Notes under the pieces: model-generated
The model's database searches: none
Told to the model about the DNA's origin: nothing
Seen by the model: the letters and a program-made list of their open reading frames with translations, nothing else
In this document: positions 28,407-37,950 of the stretch, piece after piece
How positions within the stretch are numbered: position 1 is the first letter of the stretch
How the letters are laid out: each line of letters opens with the position of its first letter
Translations under genes and position numbers: made by a program
Assembly (NCBI GenBank): GCA_964538765.1
Contig: CAZIHS010000001.1
Coordinates: forward strand, 19,966-83,965
Reading direction: 5' to 3'
From: an uncultured Gammaproteobacteria bacterium
GTDB lineage: Bacteria > Patescibacteriota > Microgenomatia > UBA12405
Length of the DNA: 64,000 nt

Positions 28407-28928
28407 GTGATTAGAAATACTTATTACTTGCTGATCGGGGGGCTGATATTGATGTGTCTTTTGGTGATTGTTACCTCGGAAAATTTTCATTCTGTTTTTA
28501 ACTTTTACGCAGTAACCTCAAACTCAATGAGCCCGGTGATTGCACCAGGAAGCATTGTGATAATCCGCAATGAACAGACTTATCTGACGGGAGAAATTAT
28601 ATCTTACGACCACCCAAACTCGGGAAACAATCAAAATTTACAAACAACAACCCACCGAATTATTCACATTTTGGACACAACCAGAGGAAAGGCTTATGTA
28701 ACTAAAGGCGACGCCAACCTAAGCTCGGATCAGGCGATTGTTTTTCCGGAAATGATAAAAGGGAAAGTGAAAGTTGTTATACCCGCAATTGGCTACCTGG
28801 TACTTTTTTTAAACCAGCCTTTGGCAAAAATATGGTTTATTCTGTTGCCAACGGTGGTGATAGTTTTAATTGAGCTTTATAAAGTCGGACTAGGTTTGTC
28901 GGGCAAGGAATTTAATTTTCGACATTAG
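28407..28928 (+). CDS. sipW: second signal peptidase I, SipW type
   Basis: VTSNSMSP.I.PG, TTHRII, TKGDAN...D, IP.IGY. Confidence 0.87.
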   Translation: MIRNTYYLLIGGLILMCLLVIVTSENFHSVFNFYAVTSNSMSPVIAPGSIVIIRNEQTYLTGEIISYDHPNSGNNQNLQTTTHRIIHILDTTRGKAYVTKGDANLSSDQAIVFPEMIKGKVKVVIPAIGYLVLFLNQPLAKIWFILLPTVVIVLIELYKVGLGLSGKEFNFRH

Positions 28929-29531
28929 TTCTTTTGTTTTATCCTTAACCAGGATTCGATTTTCGACCGAGCCGGTTGGCGGAATAGACTGGCCGATATT
29001 TATCCAATAGTTTCGACCAAGATACCAAAGCATCCTGTCTTTTTTGTTGGCCAAATTTATATTAATTTTTTTTATTTTTTCCTTTTGAACATGAAAACCC
29101 ACAGGAATAATAGGAACGCCGGCGGCCAGCGCTAAACGGACGGCTCCGGTGTGGGGCCGGCCATAGCCGGTCTTTGGACTTAGTTTTCCCTCTACAAAAA
29201 CGACAATACTGTGGCCATTTTTTAGGCGTTCAAGTGCCTCGGCAAAAGCTTCCTGACCGTGGTGGGGGTCAACTGGGATATGTCCACTCTTTTTAAGATA
29301 CCAGCCAAACAGCGGAACGGTAAATACTGAGCGGTGGATAAGAATACTCAATTTTTCAGGAAATAGTATTGGCATCAGGAAGGGATCGGTGGTCGAGGGG
29401 TGGTTGGCGACAATAACCCGGGGAGTGGAAAATAATAATGGTTCTTTTTTAAGGCGGATGCTAAGAAATAATCTGGCATAGGTTTTAACAATATATTGGC
29501 CAATTTTGTAGGTTACTAACTCGGAAGTCAT
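28890..29531 (-). CDS. lysophospholipid acyltransferase (PlsC-like)
   Basis: NHPSTTD (HX4D), FVEG, GAVRLA...VPIIPV; ATG 29531. Confidence 0.88.
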   Translation of the reverse strand: MTSELVTYKIGQYIVKTYARLFLSIRLKKEPLLFSTPRVIVANHPSTTDPFLMPILFPEKLSILIHRSVFTVPLFGWYLKKSGHIPVDPHHGQEAFAEALERLKNGHSIVVFVEGKLSPKTGYGRPHTGAVRLALAAGVPIIPVGFHVQKEKIKKININLANKKDRMLWYLGRNYWINIGQSIPPTGSVENRILVKDKTKELMSKIKFLARQT

Positions 29532-29614
29532 AGGATATGATAGCATCTGACCGTGGTTCTAAAACCGCCGATAACTAACGGCCTTGGCTTTTTTGTTTTG
29601 TAGCAATACTTTGG

Positions 29615-30406
29615 TTAGCCTCCAGCACTGGTGTATGTGGAAATGGAATATTTCCAAAATAACCAGGAGAGCGGGCAAAAAATAAGGATATACCCGATAA
29701 CATACGCCGTTATTTCTGGAGCGAGCAGTCCAAGAAGCGACTTGGCGGGAACAGTGGAGATAATGGTAACCGGAACCACAAAGTCGAGAATAAATCGAAA
29801 GACCCCGTGATAGACATCGGTGGGAATGGTGGAAGACCGCATTAAAGATCGATAAAGCCAAACAAGGTTGTCAATTTCGGTGGTCAAAATACAGAAGGCG
29901 GCAATTGCTAAAAAAAGAAAAAAGGCGGTAATAACTGATAATGACAAAAGTACAATGAAAAGTAAGACGCTGGTGTAGCTTAACAAAATATTATATCTAA
30001 CCAGGTAATAGATTAAGGTTAAGCTTTGAATAATAATCAAGGGCAAATCCAAGAAATCCGGACCAGAAAGAAGGGGCCGGAAAAAACTGGGCAGAGGCTT
30101 GAGAAGGTCAAGGTCGAAGTCGCCGCGAACCAATACCGGCCGAAAGCTATAGATGGAACGAAATAAAAACTGGGTGATTGATTCAGCGAGGTTATAGACT
30201 AAAACAAAAATAACCGCCTGATTTAGGTTGTAGCCGTTAATGTTTGGGGTTTGGCGAAAAATGGCGAATATAACCACTAAGGTGAAAATATAATTGAGGA
30301 ACTTGCCCATAATGAATAAGGTGGAGCTGGAAAGAGTCAGGAGCTGGTTTTGAAGGTTATTCTTGGCGATGATGCGCCAAGCCGTATAAACTGTTTTAAT
30401 TACCAT
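29615..30406 (-). CDS. ABC-2 family permease (DUF990 type)
   Basis: V.RGDFD..LLKP, P.DVY, C-terminal W...Y.SAGG. Confidence 0.87.
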   Translation of the reverse strand: MVIKTVYTAWRIIAKNNLQNQLLTLSSSTLFIMGKFLNYIFTLVVIFAIFRQTPNINGYNLNQAVIFVLVYNLAESITQFLFRSIYSFRPVLVRGDFDLDLLKPLPSFFRPLLSGPDFLDLPLIIIQSLTLIYYLVRYNILLSYTSVLLFIVLLSLSVITAFFLFLAIAAFCILTTEIDNLVWLYRSLMRSSTIPTDVYHGVFRFILDFVVPVTIISTVPAKSLLGLLAPEITAYVIGYILIFCPLSWLFWKYSISTYTSAGG

Positions 30407-31191
30407 AGCTTTGGAAATTTATTTTGCCGCGGTGCCACAGCAGAAGAGAAAGTAAATATGAAGATAATAGAACAGAAAGGTAGGATGCGAACAGGCCGAT
30501 AATTTCGGCCGGGTTAATCATGCCCAACCAAAGTTTAACGGGATAATAATACAGGTAGGGAAAGGGGGGTGAAGTTGAGAATACTCAAGATGTTTTTTGG
30601 TAAAAAATCGAGGGGCAAATACTGGCCGCTAAAAAGGTTGATGAAAACAACTCCAAAGAGAAAGCGAGAAGACCAGGCGTGATCAGACCAAAAAGTGATA
30701 AATGAGACTGAAAGGCTATAAAAAAAGAAAATAACAATGGCAAAAAATACTGAAACCGTGAAATAGGTCAGGTTTTGGATGGTTGGATAAACAACGTCGG
30801 GACGAAAAAACATAAAGACTAAAAAAAGTTCGACCGACAGAAAGGAGAGGTTGAATATTTTGTCAATAATGTCTCGACTTAAATAGTATTTTATTGGACT
30901 GATTGGCTTTAGAAGCAAACTTGATAACTGGCCGGACTGGATATCTCCACCAATGTCCGCGGTGCGGGTGGAAAAAACCAGAGCGCGAATTAGGTAGCCG
31001 ATAACAAAATATGAATATATCTGGGGTATATTGTAAACCCCAAGACTGGACTTACCGCTTGAAATGGCCGACCAAAGATAGAAAAAAGTGACAAAAGAGA
31101 TCAGGGTTTGAAGCCGCCAAAAAATGAAATTGACCCGATAAATAAAATACTCACCAAGAGTGTTTTTGGCGATTTGGAGATATTTTTTCAT
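30396..31191 (-). pseudogene. ABC-2 family permease (DUF990 type) with a one-base frameshift at a C6 run
   Basis: DI.SG.LS..LLKP; removing one C at 30564-30569 restores TPFPYLYYYPVKLWLG...W.RG...QSYGN* ending at 30396; may be a sequencing error. Confidence 0.75.
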
Positions 31192-32165
31192 CGGCCTTTA
31201 AATATCTGCTTAATGATGGTTTCGATGGGCGTGTCTTCAACTGTCAGATCAGTTGGTTGAAATCTGTTTATTATTTCGGACAAGGACGGGAGATAGTTTT
31301 CCTGGGGTAGGGATATTTCTAAAGAATAAGGAGAGGTTGATTTGGCCTGGCCATAAGATACAAAGTTGGAAACGGCTACAGGATTATTGAAAGTTAACTT
31401 TAGCAGTTTGTGGTGGCGATATTTTGACTTTAACTGACCTGTTTCGCCGTCATATTTAATTTTGCCGTTATCAATTATTATTATCCGGTGGCAAAGCTGC
31501 TCAACATCGGTCATGTTGTGGCTGGTGAGAATAATAGTCGATTTGAATTCCCGGTTATATTCCTCGATAAATTGGCGTATTCTTGCGCCGGCGAGGATGT
31601 CAAGACCAATGGTTGGCTCGTCGAGAAAAACAACTTTGGGCTGATGAAGGAGGGCGACAACAAATTCACACTTCATTCTCTGACCAAGCGATAATTTTTT
31701 AGTTTGAACGTTGATAATGTCCTTAATGTCTAAGGCTTCGACAAAAAAATCAAGTTGCCGTTGGTATTGACGAACGGGGATGTCATAAATTGCCTGGTTA
31801 AGTAAAAAAGTTTCCTGGGGAGGAAGGTCCCACCAAAGTTGATTTTTTTGACCCATAACAAATCCAATGGAACGGAGGTATTCGGGTTGACGGCGGCTGG
31901 GAGTATAACCCAAAACTTCAACAGAGCCCTGGGTGGGAAACAGCAGACCGGTCAAACATTTTAAGGTGGTAGATTTACCAGCTCCATTTGGACCAATAAA
32001 GCCAAGCAGTTCACCCTGCTTTATAGAAAAACTTATTTGATCAACCGCCTTGACGCAACGGTATTTCCGATGAAACAGCGATTTCACCGATTCGGCCAAA
32101 CCCGGTTTTTTGTCAAAAACATAAAAGTTTTTTGTAAGTTTATTGATTTTTATCAAATCAGACAT
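31188..32165 (-). CDS. ABC transporter ATP-binding protein
   Basis: GPNGAGKST, GQKNQLWWDLP, LSLGQRMK, FLDEPTIGLD, TSH. Confidence 0.93.
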   Translation of the reverse strand: MSDLIKINKLTKNFYVFDKKPGLAESVKSLFHRKYRCVKAVDQISFSIKQGELLGFIGPNGAGKSTTLKCLTGLLFPTQGSVEVLGYTPSRRQPEYLRSIGFVMGQKNQLWWDLPPQETFLLNQAIYDIPVRQYQRQLDFFVEALDIKDIINVQTKKLSLGQRMKCEFVVALLHQPKVVFLDEPTIGLDILAGARIRQFIEEYNREFKSTIILTSHNMTDVEQLCHRIIIIDNGKIKYDGETGQLKSKYRHHKLLKLTFNNPVAVSNFVSYGQAKSTSPYSLEISLPQENYLPSLSEIINRFQPTDLTVEDTPIETIIKQIFKGR

Positions 32166-32179
32166 GAGTTTAGTTTACC

Positions 32180-32209
32180 AAAAAACCCCGCTTAAAGCGG
32201 GGTTTTTTT
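32180..32209. terminator. intrinsic terminator after HU (symmetric)
   Basis: AAAAAACCCCGCT-TAA-AGCGGGGTTTTTTT. Confidence 0.88.
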
Positions 32210-32224
32210 AAATAAAGTCAAAAA

Positions 32225-32497
32225 TTATTTGACCATCTTTTTGATTTTGGTGCCAGGAATGTAGCGAGGCATACGTCGGCCAGCGATTTTTTTGGATTCT
32301 TTTGAACCAATTGCTTTAATGGTTTTTGGTTTAAACATTTTGGTTTTGAAAGTACCAAAACCAGAAAGCTTAACTACTTCTCCACCGGCAAGAGCTTTCA
32401 TGACTTCGTTTAGAAAAGTCTCAACTGCTTGTTTTGCAGCTTTTTTACTCAACTTGGCTTTTTGAGATACAACTTCGATTAGATCTTTTTTGGTCAT
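32225..32497 (-). CDS. hup: HU family DNA-binding protein
   Basis: MTKKDLI..V..KA.LSKK.A, V.LSGFGTF. Confidence 0.9.
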   Translation of the reverse strand: MTKKDLIEVVSQKAKLSKKAAKQAVETFLNEVMKALAGGEVVKLSGFGTFKTKMFKPKTIKAIGSKESKKIAGRRMPRYIPGTKIKKMVK

Positions 32498-32526
32498 TGT
32501 TTTTTAAATTATTAATTTCAAGATCA

Positions 32527-32554
32527 ATTCTAACGTATCGGCGTCAGATTGCAA
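32527..32554 (-). promoter_or_regulatory. sigma70-type promoter of HU
   Basis: TTGCAA-16 nt-TAGAAT on minus strand. Confidence 0.5.
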
Positions 32555-32557
32555 CTG

Positions 32558-34171
32558 TTATTGTGTGTTATTTACCGCATTTTTACTGATGTCAGCGTTG
32601 GTGTTGCCTGACTTGCCGCTGATATTCACTCGATTATTACTTCCTGTTTTATTGGGAATAATTGTACTACTGGTTCGCAACTCGCGAACAACCGTGACCC
32701 GAATTTGGCCGGCCCATTTGGCCTCTTCTTCAAGTTTTTCGGCGATGTTTTGACTTAACATCACCGAGTCAGTATCGGTTACCGCTCCCGGATCAACAAT
32801 TACCATAACTTCGCGACCGGCTTGATAAGCAGCGACACTGAGAACGCCGGAAAAATCTTTCGCGACATCTTCAATATTTTTCATTCGCTTCAAATATTCT
32901 TCATGGACCTCGTAACGCGCTCCGGGGCGGGAGCCTGAGGCGGCATCGCCAAGGTACACGATGACTGATTCGGCGCTTGAAAACTCTTTGTCTTCGTGGT
33001 GTTCGGCGACAGCATTAATAACTGCCTGGGGCATTTTGAAGCGTTGAAGAAGATCGATGCCGAGGTCAACATGAGTACCTTCCTGATCGGTGATTACTTT
33101 ACCAATATCGTGAAGAAGGGCCCCTAAGCGAACCGTGTTGACGTCGGCTTTTAACTCCTGGGCGATGGCAACCGCTATTTTGACAGCTTCTATGGTGTGT
33201 TTGGCTAAGTTTTGACCATATGAATAGCGGAATTTGTATTTACCAATTTCTTTTATCAGCTCAATAGGGAGACTAAAAACGCCAACTTCCTGGCAAATAC
33301 GTTTTCCTTCGGCCAAAAGAATCTTGTCCATTTCAGACTTGGTTTGAAGGACTATTTGCTCAATTTTGACAGGCTGAATGCGTCCGTCTTTAATTAATTT
33401 TTCGAGGGCGATTTTGGCAATTTCACGACGGGTTGAGTCGAACGAAGAGATACGGATATCGTTGGTTTCGTCAAGCTCAAGCTCAACGCCGGTGGCTTTT
33501 TCAAAAGTCCGGATATTTCGGCCTTCGCGTCCAATAATCTTGCCCTTAATTTTGTCGTCTGGGAGGGTAATTACAGAAACGGTGTATTCGGCAACATAAT
33601 CAGTCACCCCGTGGCGCATTGCGTCAACTAATATGTCCCGGGCGGCTTCTTCTTCTTTTTGTTTTATTTCGTCTTTGGCCTCGTTAATTTTTTTAACAAT
33701 CCAACCGGCCATTCTTTTTTCAACGCTGCTTATCAGCAGCTGCTTGGCCTTTTCAATGTCAAGACCCGAAATTTGTTCAAGTTTTTCAATCTGTTTCCGA
33801 TAAAGGTCGTCGATTTGGCTCGTTTTTGTTTTTATTTCGGCGGCCTGAACATCTAGAGCTTTCTCTTTTTGGATTAGATATTTTTCTTTCTCATCTAGTA
33901 AAGAAAGGCGTTGGTCAATTTCAGCTTCTTTCCGCTTAAGCTGGGAATCAAGCTGGCTTTGAACAGGGGGGAGGTTGGGTCTTAAATTGGCAGCCGGTTG
34001 AGCGGGGCGGACAGGGTTTGTTTGCTGGGGTCTGACCGGTGGCCTGGCAATTTTGTTTTGGGGTGTATAAGTTACCCGATGCTGAGAAGGTGGAGGAGAA
34101 GTTGGCTGGGCAGACGGTAACTTTTGGGGACGAGAAAATACCTTGGATATTTTGGCAAAAATATTGAACAT
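32558..34171 (-). CDS. rny: ribonuclease Y
   Basis: Coiled coil, KH KGKIIGREGRNIR.FE..TGV, HD LLHDIGK, DA.SG.RPGAR, QAGREV; SD AAAGGAGG upstream. Confidence 0.95.
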   Translation of the reverse strand: MFNIFAKISKVFSRPQKLPSAQPTSPPPSQHRVTYTPQNKIARPPVRPQQTNPVRPAQPAANLRPNLPPVQSQLDSQLKRKEAEIDQRLSLLDEKEKYLIQKEKALDVQAAEIKTKTSQIDDLYRKQIEKLEQISGLDIEKAKQLLISSVEKRMAGWIVKKINEAKDEIKQKEEEAARDILVDAMRHGVTDYVAEYTVSVITLPDDKIKGKIIGREGRNIRTFEKATGVELELDETNDIRISSFDSTRREIAKIALEKLIKDGRIQPVKIEQIVLQTKSEMDKILLAEGKRICQEVGVFSLPIELIKEIGKYKFRYSYGQNLAKHTIEAVKIAVAIAQELKADVNTVRLGALLHDIGKVITDQEGTHVDLGIDLLQRFKMPQAVINAVAEHHEDKEFSSAESVIVYLGDAASGSRPGARYEVHEEYLKRMKNIEDVAKDFSGVLSVAAYQAGREVMVIVDPGAVTDTDSVMLSQNIAEKLEEEAKWAGQIRVTVVRELRTSSTIIPNKTGSNNRVNISGKSGNTNADISKNAVNNTQ

Positions 34172-34297
34172 GACGGGCCTCCTTTGTTACTTGAGAAGAT
34201 AGCGAAAAAGATTAGATTGATGTCAACTGAAATGTATACATTGTCTATCTGTCAAGTAAATATAAAAATATTTAAAGCGGTTTCAAACTAACCTCTT

Positions 34298-34326
34298 ATT
34301 GTACCTTTTAAAGGGGTATTGGTCAA
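34298..34326 (-). promoter_or_regulatory. sigma70-type promoter of rny
   Basis: TTGACC-17 nt-TACAAT on minus strand. Confidence 0.6.
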
Positions 34327-34339
34327 AGTATCAAAATAA

Positions 34340-35398
34340 TTAAACCTCGGCGGGAGGCGGAGGAGTGTTGTTTTGGCCACTGATTGCCAGCTTCCAAATA
34401 TCTTTCTTTAAACTGTTAGTTTTTTCGGGATGATCTTTTAAATAAGTTTTGACAGCTTCACGGCCCTGGAAATTGAGGTTGTCTATCTTGAAGAAAGCGC
34501 CAGCTTTAACTATCAGTCCGTGCTGAATTGCCAGATCGACCATACTACCGTAAATTGAAATACCTTCGGTGTTCATGATGTCAAACTCAGCTTCTTTAAA
34601 AGGAGGAGCAATTTTGTTTTTGATGATTCTGGCCCGATGTTGGGATCCAACAATAATGCCAGCACTGGTTTTGATGTTGGCGATTTTACGAAGATCAATG
34701 CGAATTGATGAGTAAAATTTTAGAGCAAGACCACCAGGGGTGGTTTCGGGATTACCAAACATAATGCCAATTTTTTGCCTGATTTGATTGGTGAAAACGA
34801 CAACGGTTTTTGATTTTGAAATCGCGCCGGTAAGTTTTCGAAGAGCTTGAGACATTAATCTGGCTTGAGCCCCCATAACCGAGTCGCCCATTTCGCCCTC
34901 GATTTCGGCCTTGGGAACAAGGGCGGCAACAGAGTCGATTACGATTACGTCGACAGCATTGGAGCGAACCAGAGTTTCAACAATTTCTAAAGCCTGTTCT
35001 GCATTGTCTGGTTGTGATATCAACATATTGTCGAGGTCAACACCAACCATGGCGGCTCTGGCCGGATCAAGGGCATGCTCGACATCGATAAAGGCGGCGG
35101 TACCGCCGGCTTTTTGGGCTTCAGCTACAACATGAAGACAAAGAGTGGTTTTACCTGATGCCTCTGGACCAAAAACCTCACTAACCCGGCCGCGGGGAAG
35201 CCCGCCGACACCAAGAGCTAGGTCGAGAGGCAAGCAACCAGTGGGAATAACGTCTACAGCCATGTCGGCCTTGCGATCACCCATTTTCATAATGGCACCT
35301 TCGCCAAACGCCTTAGTAATTTGTTCCATAGCTAATTTGACGGCCTGGACTTTGTTTTCAGAGACAGGAATTATTTTTTTGGTCTTGTGTTTGGTCAC
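34340..35398 (-). CDS. recA: recombinase RecA
   Basis: [59 protein letters not shown]. Confidence 0.98.
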   Translation of the reverse strand: MTKHKTKKIIPVSENKVQAVKLAMEQITKAFGEGAIMKMGDRKADMAVDVIPTGCLPLDLALGVGGLPRGRVSEVFGPEASGKTTLCLHVVAEAQKAGGTAAFIDVEHALDPARAAMVGVDLDNMLISQPDNAEQALEIVETLVRSNAVDVIVIDSVAALVPKAEIEGEMGDSVMGAQARLMSQALRKLTGAISKSKTVVVFTNQIRQKIGIMFGNPETTPGGLALKFYSSIRIDLRKIANIKTSAGIIVGSQHRARIIKNKIAPPFKEAEFDIMNTEGISIYGSMVDLAIQHGLIVKAGAFFKIDNLNFQGREAVKTYLKDHPEKTNSLKKDIWKLAISGQNNTPPPPAEV

Positions 35399-35534
35399 TT
35401 TAGATTAAACATATAAAGTCTATTGGTGATACCAACTTTGGGGATGGTAAGTCAAGGAGTCAAAACCGAAGAAAAAACGAATATTGATGGTGGGCAAGAA
35501 GGGAAAAACAAGATATAATATCTGGTTACTTCAT

Positions 35535-35608
35535 CGGGGTGTGGCGCAATTGGCTAGCGCGCGCGCATGGGGTGCGTGAGGTTGGCAGTTCGAATCTGCT
35601 CACTCCGA
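35535..35608 (+). tRNA. tRNA-Pro(GGG)
   Basis: CGGGGTG/CACTCCG acceptor, anticodon arm CGCGC-ATGGGGT-GCGTG, GGCAG-TTCGAAT-CTGCT T arm; TATAAT at 35514; CCA not encoded. Confidence 0.95.
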
Positions 35609-35870
35609 CTTGGAATGACATTTTTATATGGGAGGGTTGTAGGTGGGTTGAAACTGAAATTTTTGTGGTGTTCTGATAGAATTCAAACACTGTCCAAAAT
35701 TTTGCTGGTTAAAAGAAGGCCGATGGCGGATGGAATTTGGGAGAATATGGCAAAAAAAAGTATTAAAGATTGTTATCTTAAAATATACAGTATCAGGAAG
35801 AAAAGCACTGAGAACCCGGGGAAACTAAAAAAAGAAAAACACAACCTTAGTCTTCTTTTGTGGCAGAGAC

Positions 35871-36626
35871 TTAACGGAAGAGTAGCTGACTGCTAAAAAT
35901 CAGGAGAAGAAAGGCTAGTAACGAGGTGTAGATGCTAAAGTACCAAATGGATCGTCGGGAAAGGATCTTTTGAAGGGTAAAAAGAGCCGTGTAGCTGACA
36001 ATAATAGTCAGGACGAACGAAAGCAGGTATACAGGTGAAAAATACTGATTGATTTCGGAAATTGGCAGTTTGTAGGCCTCAAGGATCAGGGCGCCGATTG
36101 AAGCCGGAAGATATAGAGCAAATGAAAAATTAAAGGCAGCAAGAGGGCTGATACCCAAAAGCATGGCGGCCGAGATGGTGGCTCCCGACCTGGAGACACC
36201 AGGAAGGATTGCCAAGGCCTGAAACGACCCAATCAAAAGGGCTTTGGCCAGGCTCATTTTGTTTTCTTGGTTCTTTGAAAACCTGGTCGAGTAGACCAAA
36301 AGCGAAGTTATCAAAAAAAAGAAAGGAAGCAAAAACCTGTTTTCATAGACAATTCCTATTTGACGGCGGAAAAGTAAGCCAACTAAAGCGGCCGGCAGGG
36401 AGGCAAGCAGAATATATTTGAAGTTGTGATAGAAATATGCTTTTTGGTGGCGAAAATAGAGTAAAACCGAAATAAGCGAAGCGGTGTTAAGAAAAACATC
36501 AAAATTTACCGAAGGTTTTAACTGATACAGGAAGTGAATTAAATTGAGATGACCGGAAGAAGAAATGGGAAGAAATTCAGCTATTCCCTGAACCAAGCTA
36601 AATATTATTGACTGCCAAAAAGTCAT
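35871..36626 (-). CDS. uppP: undecaprenyl-diphosphate phosphatase
   Basis: QGIAEFLPISSSGHL, Q.LAILPGVSRSGATI. Confidence 0.95.
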   Translation of the reverse strand: MTFWQSIIFSLVQGIAEFLPISSSGHLNLIHFLYQLKPSVNFDVFLNTASLISVLLYFRHQKAYFYHNFKYILLASLPAALVGLLFRRQIGIVYENRFLLPFFFLITSLLVYSTRFSKNQENKMSLAKALLIGSFQALAILPGVSRSGATISAAMLLGISPLAAFNFSFALYLPASIGALILEAYKLPISEINQYFSPVYLLSFVLTIIVSYTALFTLQKILSRRSIWYFSIYTSLLAFLLLIFSSQLLFR

Positions 36627-36629
36627 GGG

Positions 36630-37037
36630 CTAGCGGCGAGGTGATTGCTTTTGACGCCTCGATTTACCACCAGTACCTATCATTCGCCTTTGTCTAACCC
36701 GGGAATCGACAGTAAGAAGAGAAGAGGCGCGCAAAAGTGGCGTGTAAAGCTGGCGGTCAATTTTCTGCAGAGATCTGGAAAGCGCCAGCGAGAGGGCGCC
36801 GGCCTGGCCCAGCTTGCCTCCACCGGTAATTTTAGCCTCGAAATAATATTTACCGACGGTGTTGGTGACCTGAAAAGGTTTGTTAAAAATGGTTTGGAGG
36901 CTCTTATCAGGAAAGTATTTATCAGAAGGTTTCTGGTTAATTTTTGAATCGTTTTTCCCAATAAAAAGTTTAACGGCAGATACGGCAGATTTGCGACGAC
37001 CGACGGAATAATAATACTTGTTGATGTTTTTTGTCAT
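36630..37037 (-). CDS. rpsI: 30S ribosomal protein S9
   Basis: GRRKSAV, GGG..GQAGA, LLT.D.R. Confidence 0.95.
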   Translation of the reverse strand: MTKNINKYYYSVGRRKSAVSAVKLFIGKNDSKINQKPSDKYFPDKSLQTIFNKPFQVTNTVGKYYFEAKITGGGKLGQAGALSLALSRSLQKIDRQLYTPLLRASSLLTVDSRVRQRRMIGTGGKSRRQKQSPRR

Positions 37038-37465
37038 TTTTTAGATGATAACTTATCCTGGTAGGGATGTTCTGACCCAATGAATATTTTAAGGCGGGTC
37101 ATCCTGACATCACGAAGGCGATTTTTTGGGATCATACCGTAGACACCGTGTCTTAAAACTTCCTTTGGGTCGTCTTTGAGCAGTTGACCAAGGGTATAAG
37201 ACTTAAGGTGACCCGAATAGGCAGTGTGGTAGTAATAAACCTTATCTTTAAGTTTGTTGCCGGTGGTTTTAATTTTTGAGACATTGATGGCAACAACGTA
37301 ATCTCCCTGATCCTGATGATAAGAAAAGCCGGCTTTATTTTTGCCCATTAAATATTGAGCTATTTGAGTACAAGCCCGGCCAAGAGTTTGAGTTGATAAA
37401 TCAACCAGATGCCAGGAGCGAACTATCTTTTCGTCTTTTACGATGGAGCTTTTAAATGGTTTCAT
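37034..37465 (-). CDS. rplM: 50S ribosomal protein L13
   Basis: W.LVD...LGR, GDYVV.IN, GMIPKNRL. Confidence 0.95.
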   Translation of the reverse strand: MKPFKSSIVKDEKIVRSWHLVDLSTQTLGRACTQIAQYLMGKNKAGFSYHQDQGDYVVAINVSKIKTTGNKLKDKVYYYHTAYSGHLKSYTLGQLLKDDPKEVLRHGVYGMIPKNRLRDVRMTRLKIFIGSEHPYQDKLSSKK

Positions 37466-37947
37466 GTTTTGGATTTAACCTTGTTTTTTTCAGTTTTAAC
37501 GGTTTTAGTTTTGGTTATCTTTGGCTTTGCCGATTCGGTTTTAGGGGTGGTTTTGGCAACATCTTCTTCTTTATTTTCGGTTGAGTTGAAACCCCGAAAA
37601 AGCCTTAATTTAACCATAGTGGCATTGTCTCCCCGGCGTTGGCCGATTTTTTCAAGACGGGTAAAGTTAAAGGTAACATCGGGATAAGTGGCTTTAAATT
37701 TATTGTAGACTTTTTTAACCTGGTTGCGGTCTTGAAAATAGGTGTTGAGAAGACGGCGCCCCAACAGGTCAGGCAAGGTGGCAAGTTTTGAGGCCACTCT
37801 TTCAACTGAAGGAATCACCGCTTTGGCTTTCGCGTAGGTGGTTTCAATTTGACCGTGGGTTAGAATCTGACAAACAAGCTGCCGGAAAAGGGCCCGCCGC
37901 TGATTGGTGGTACGACCAAGTTTTTTGCCAAAATTCCGGTGTCTCAT
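37462..37947 (-). CDS. rplQ: 50S ribosomal protein L17
   Basis: MRHR...KLGR, I.TT.AKAK, RRGDNA. Confidence 0.95.
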   Translation of the reverse strand: MRHRNFGKKLGRTTNQRRALFRQLVCQILTHGQIETTYAKAKAVIPSVERVASKLATLPDLLGRRLLNTYFQDRNQVKKVYNKFKATYPDVTFNFTRLEKIGQRRGDNATMVKLRLFRGFNSTENKEEDVAKTTPKTESAKPKITKTKTVKTEKNKVKSKT

Positions 37948-37950
37948 CTT

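Noticed and set aside
35567-35896. 109-aa + strand ORF after recA
   Set aside because: Starts inside tRNA-Pro, overlaps uppP, and has no recognisable motif; 35609-35870 is left unexplained
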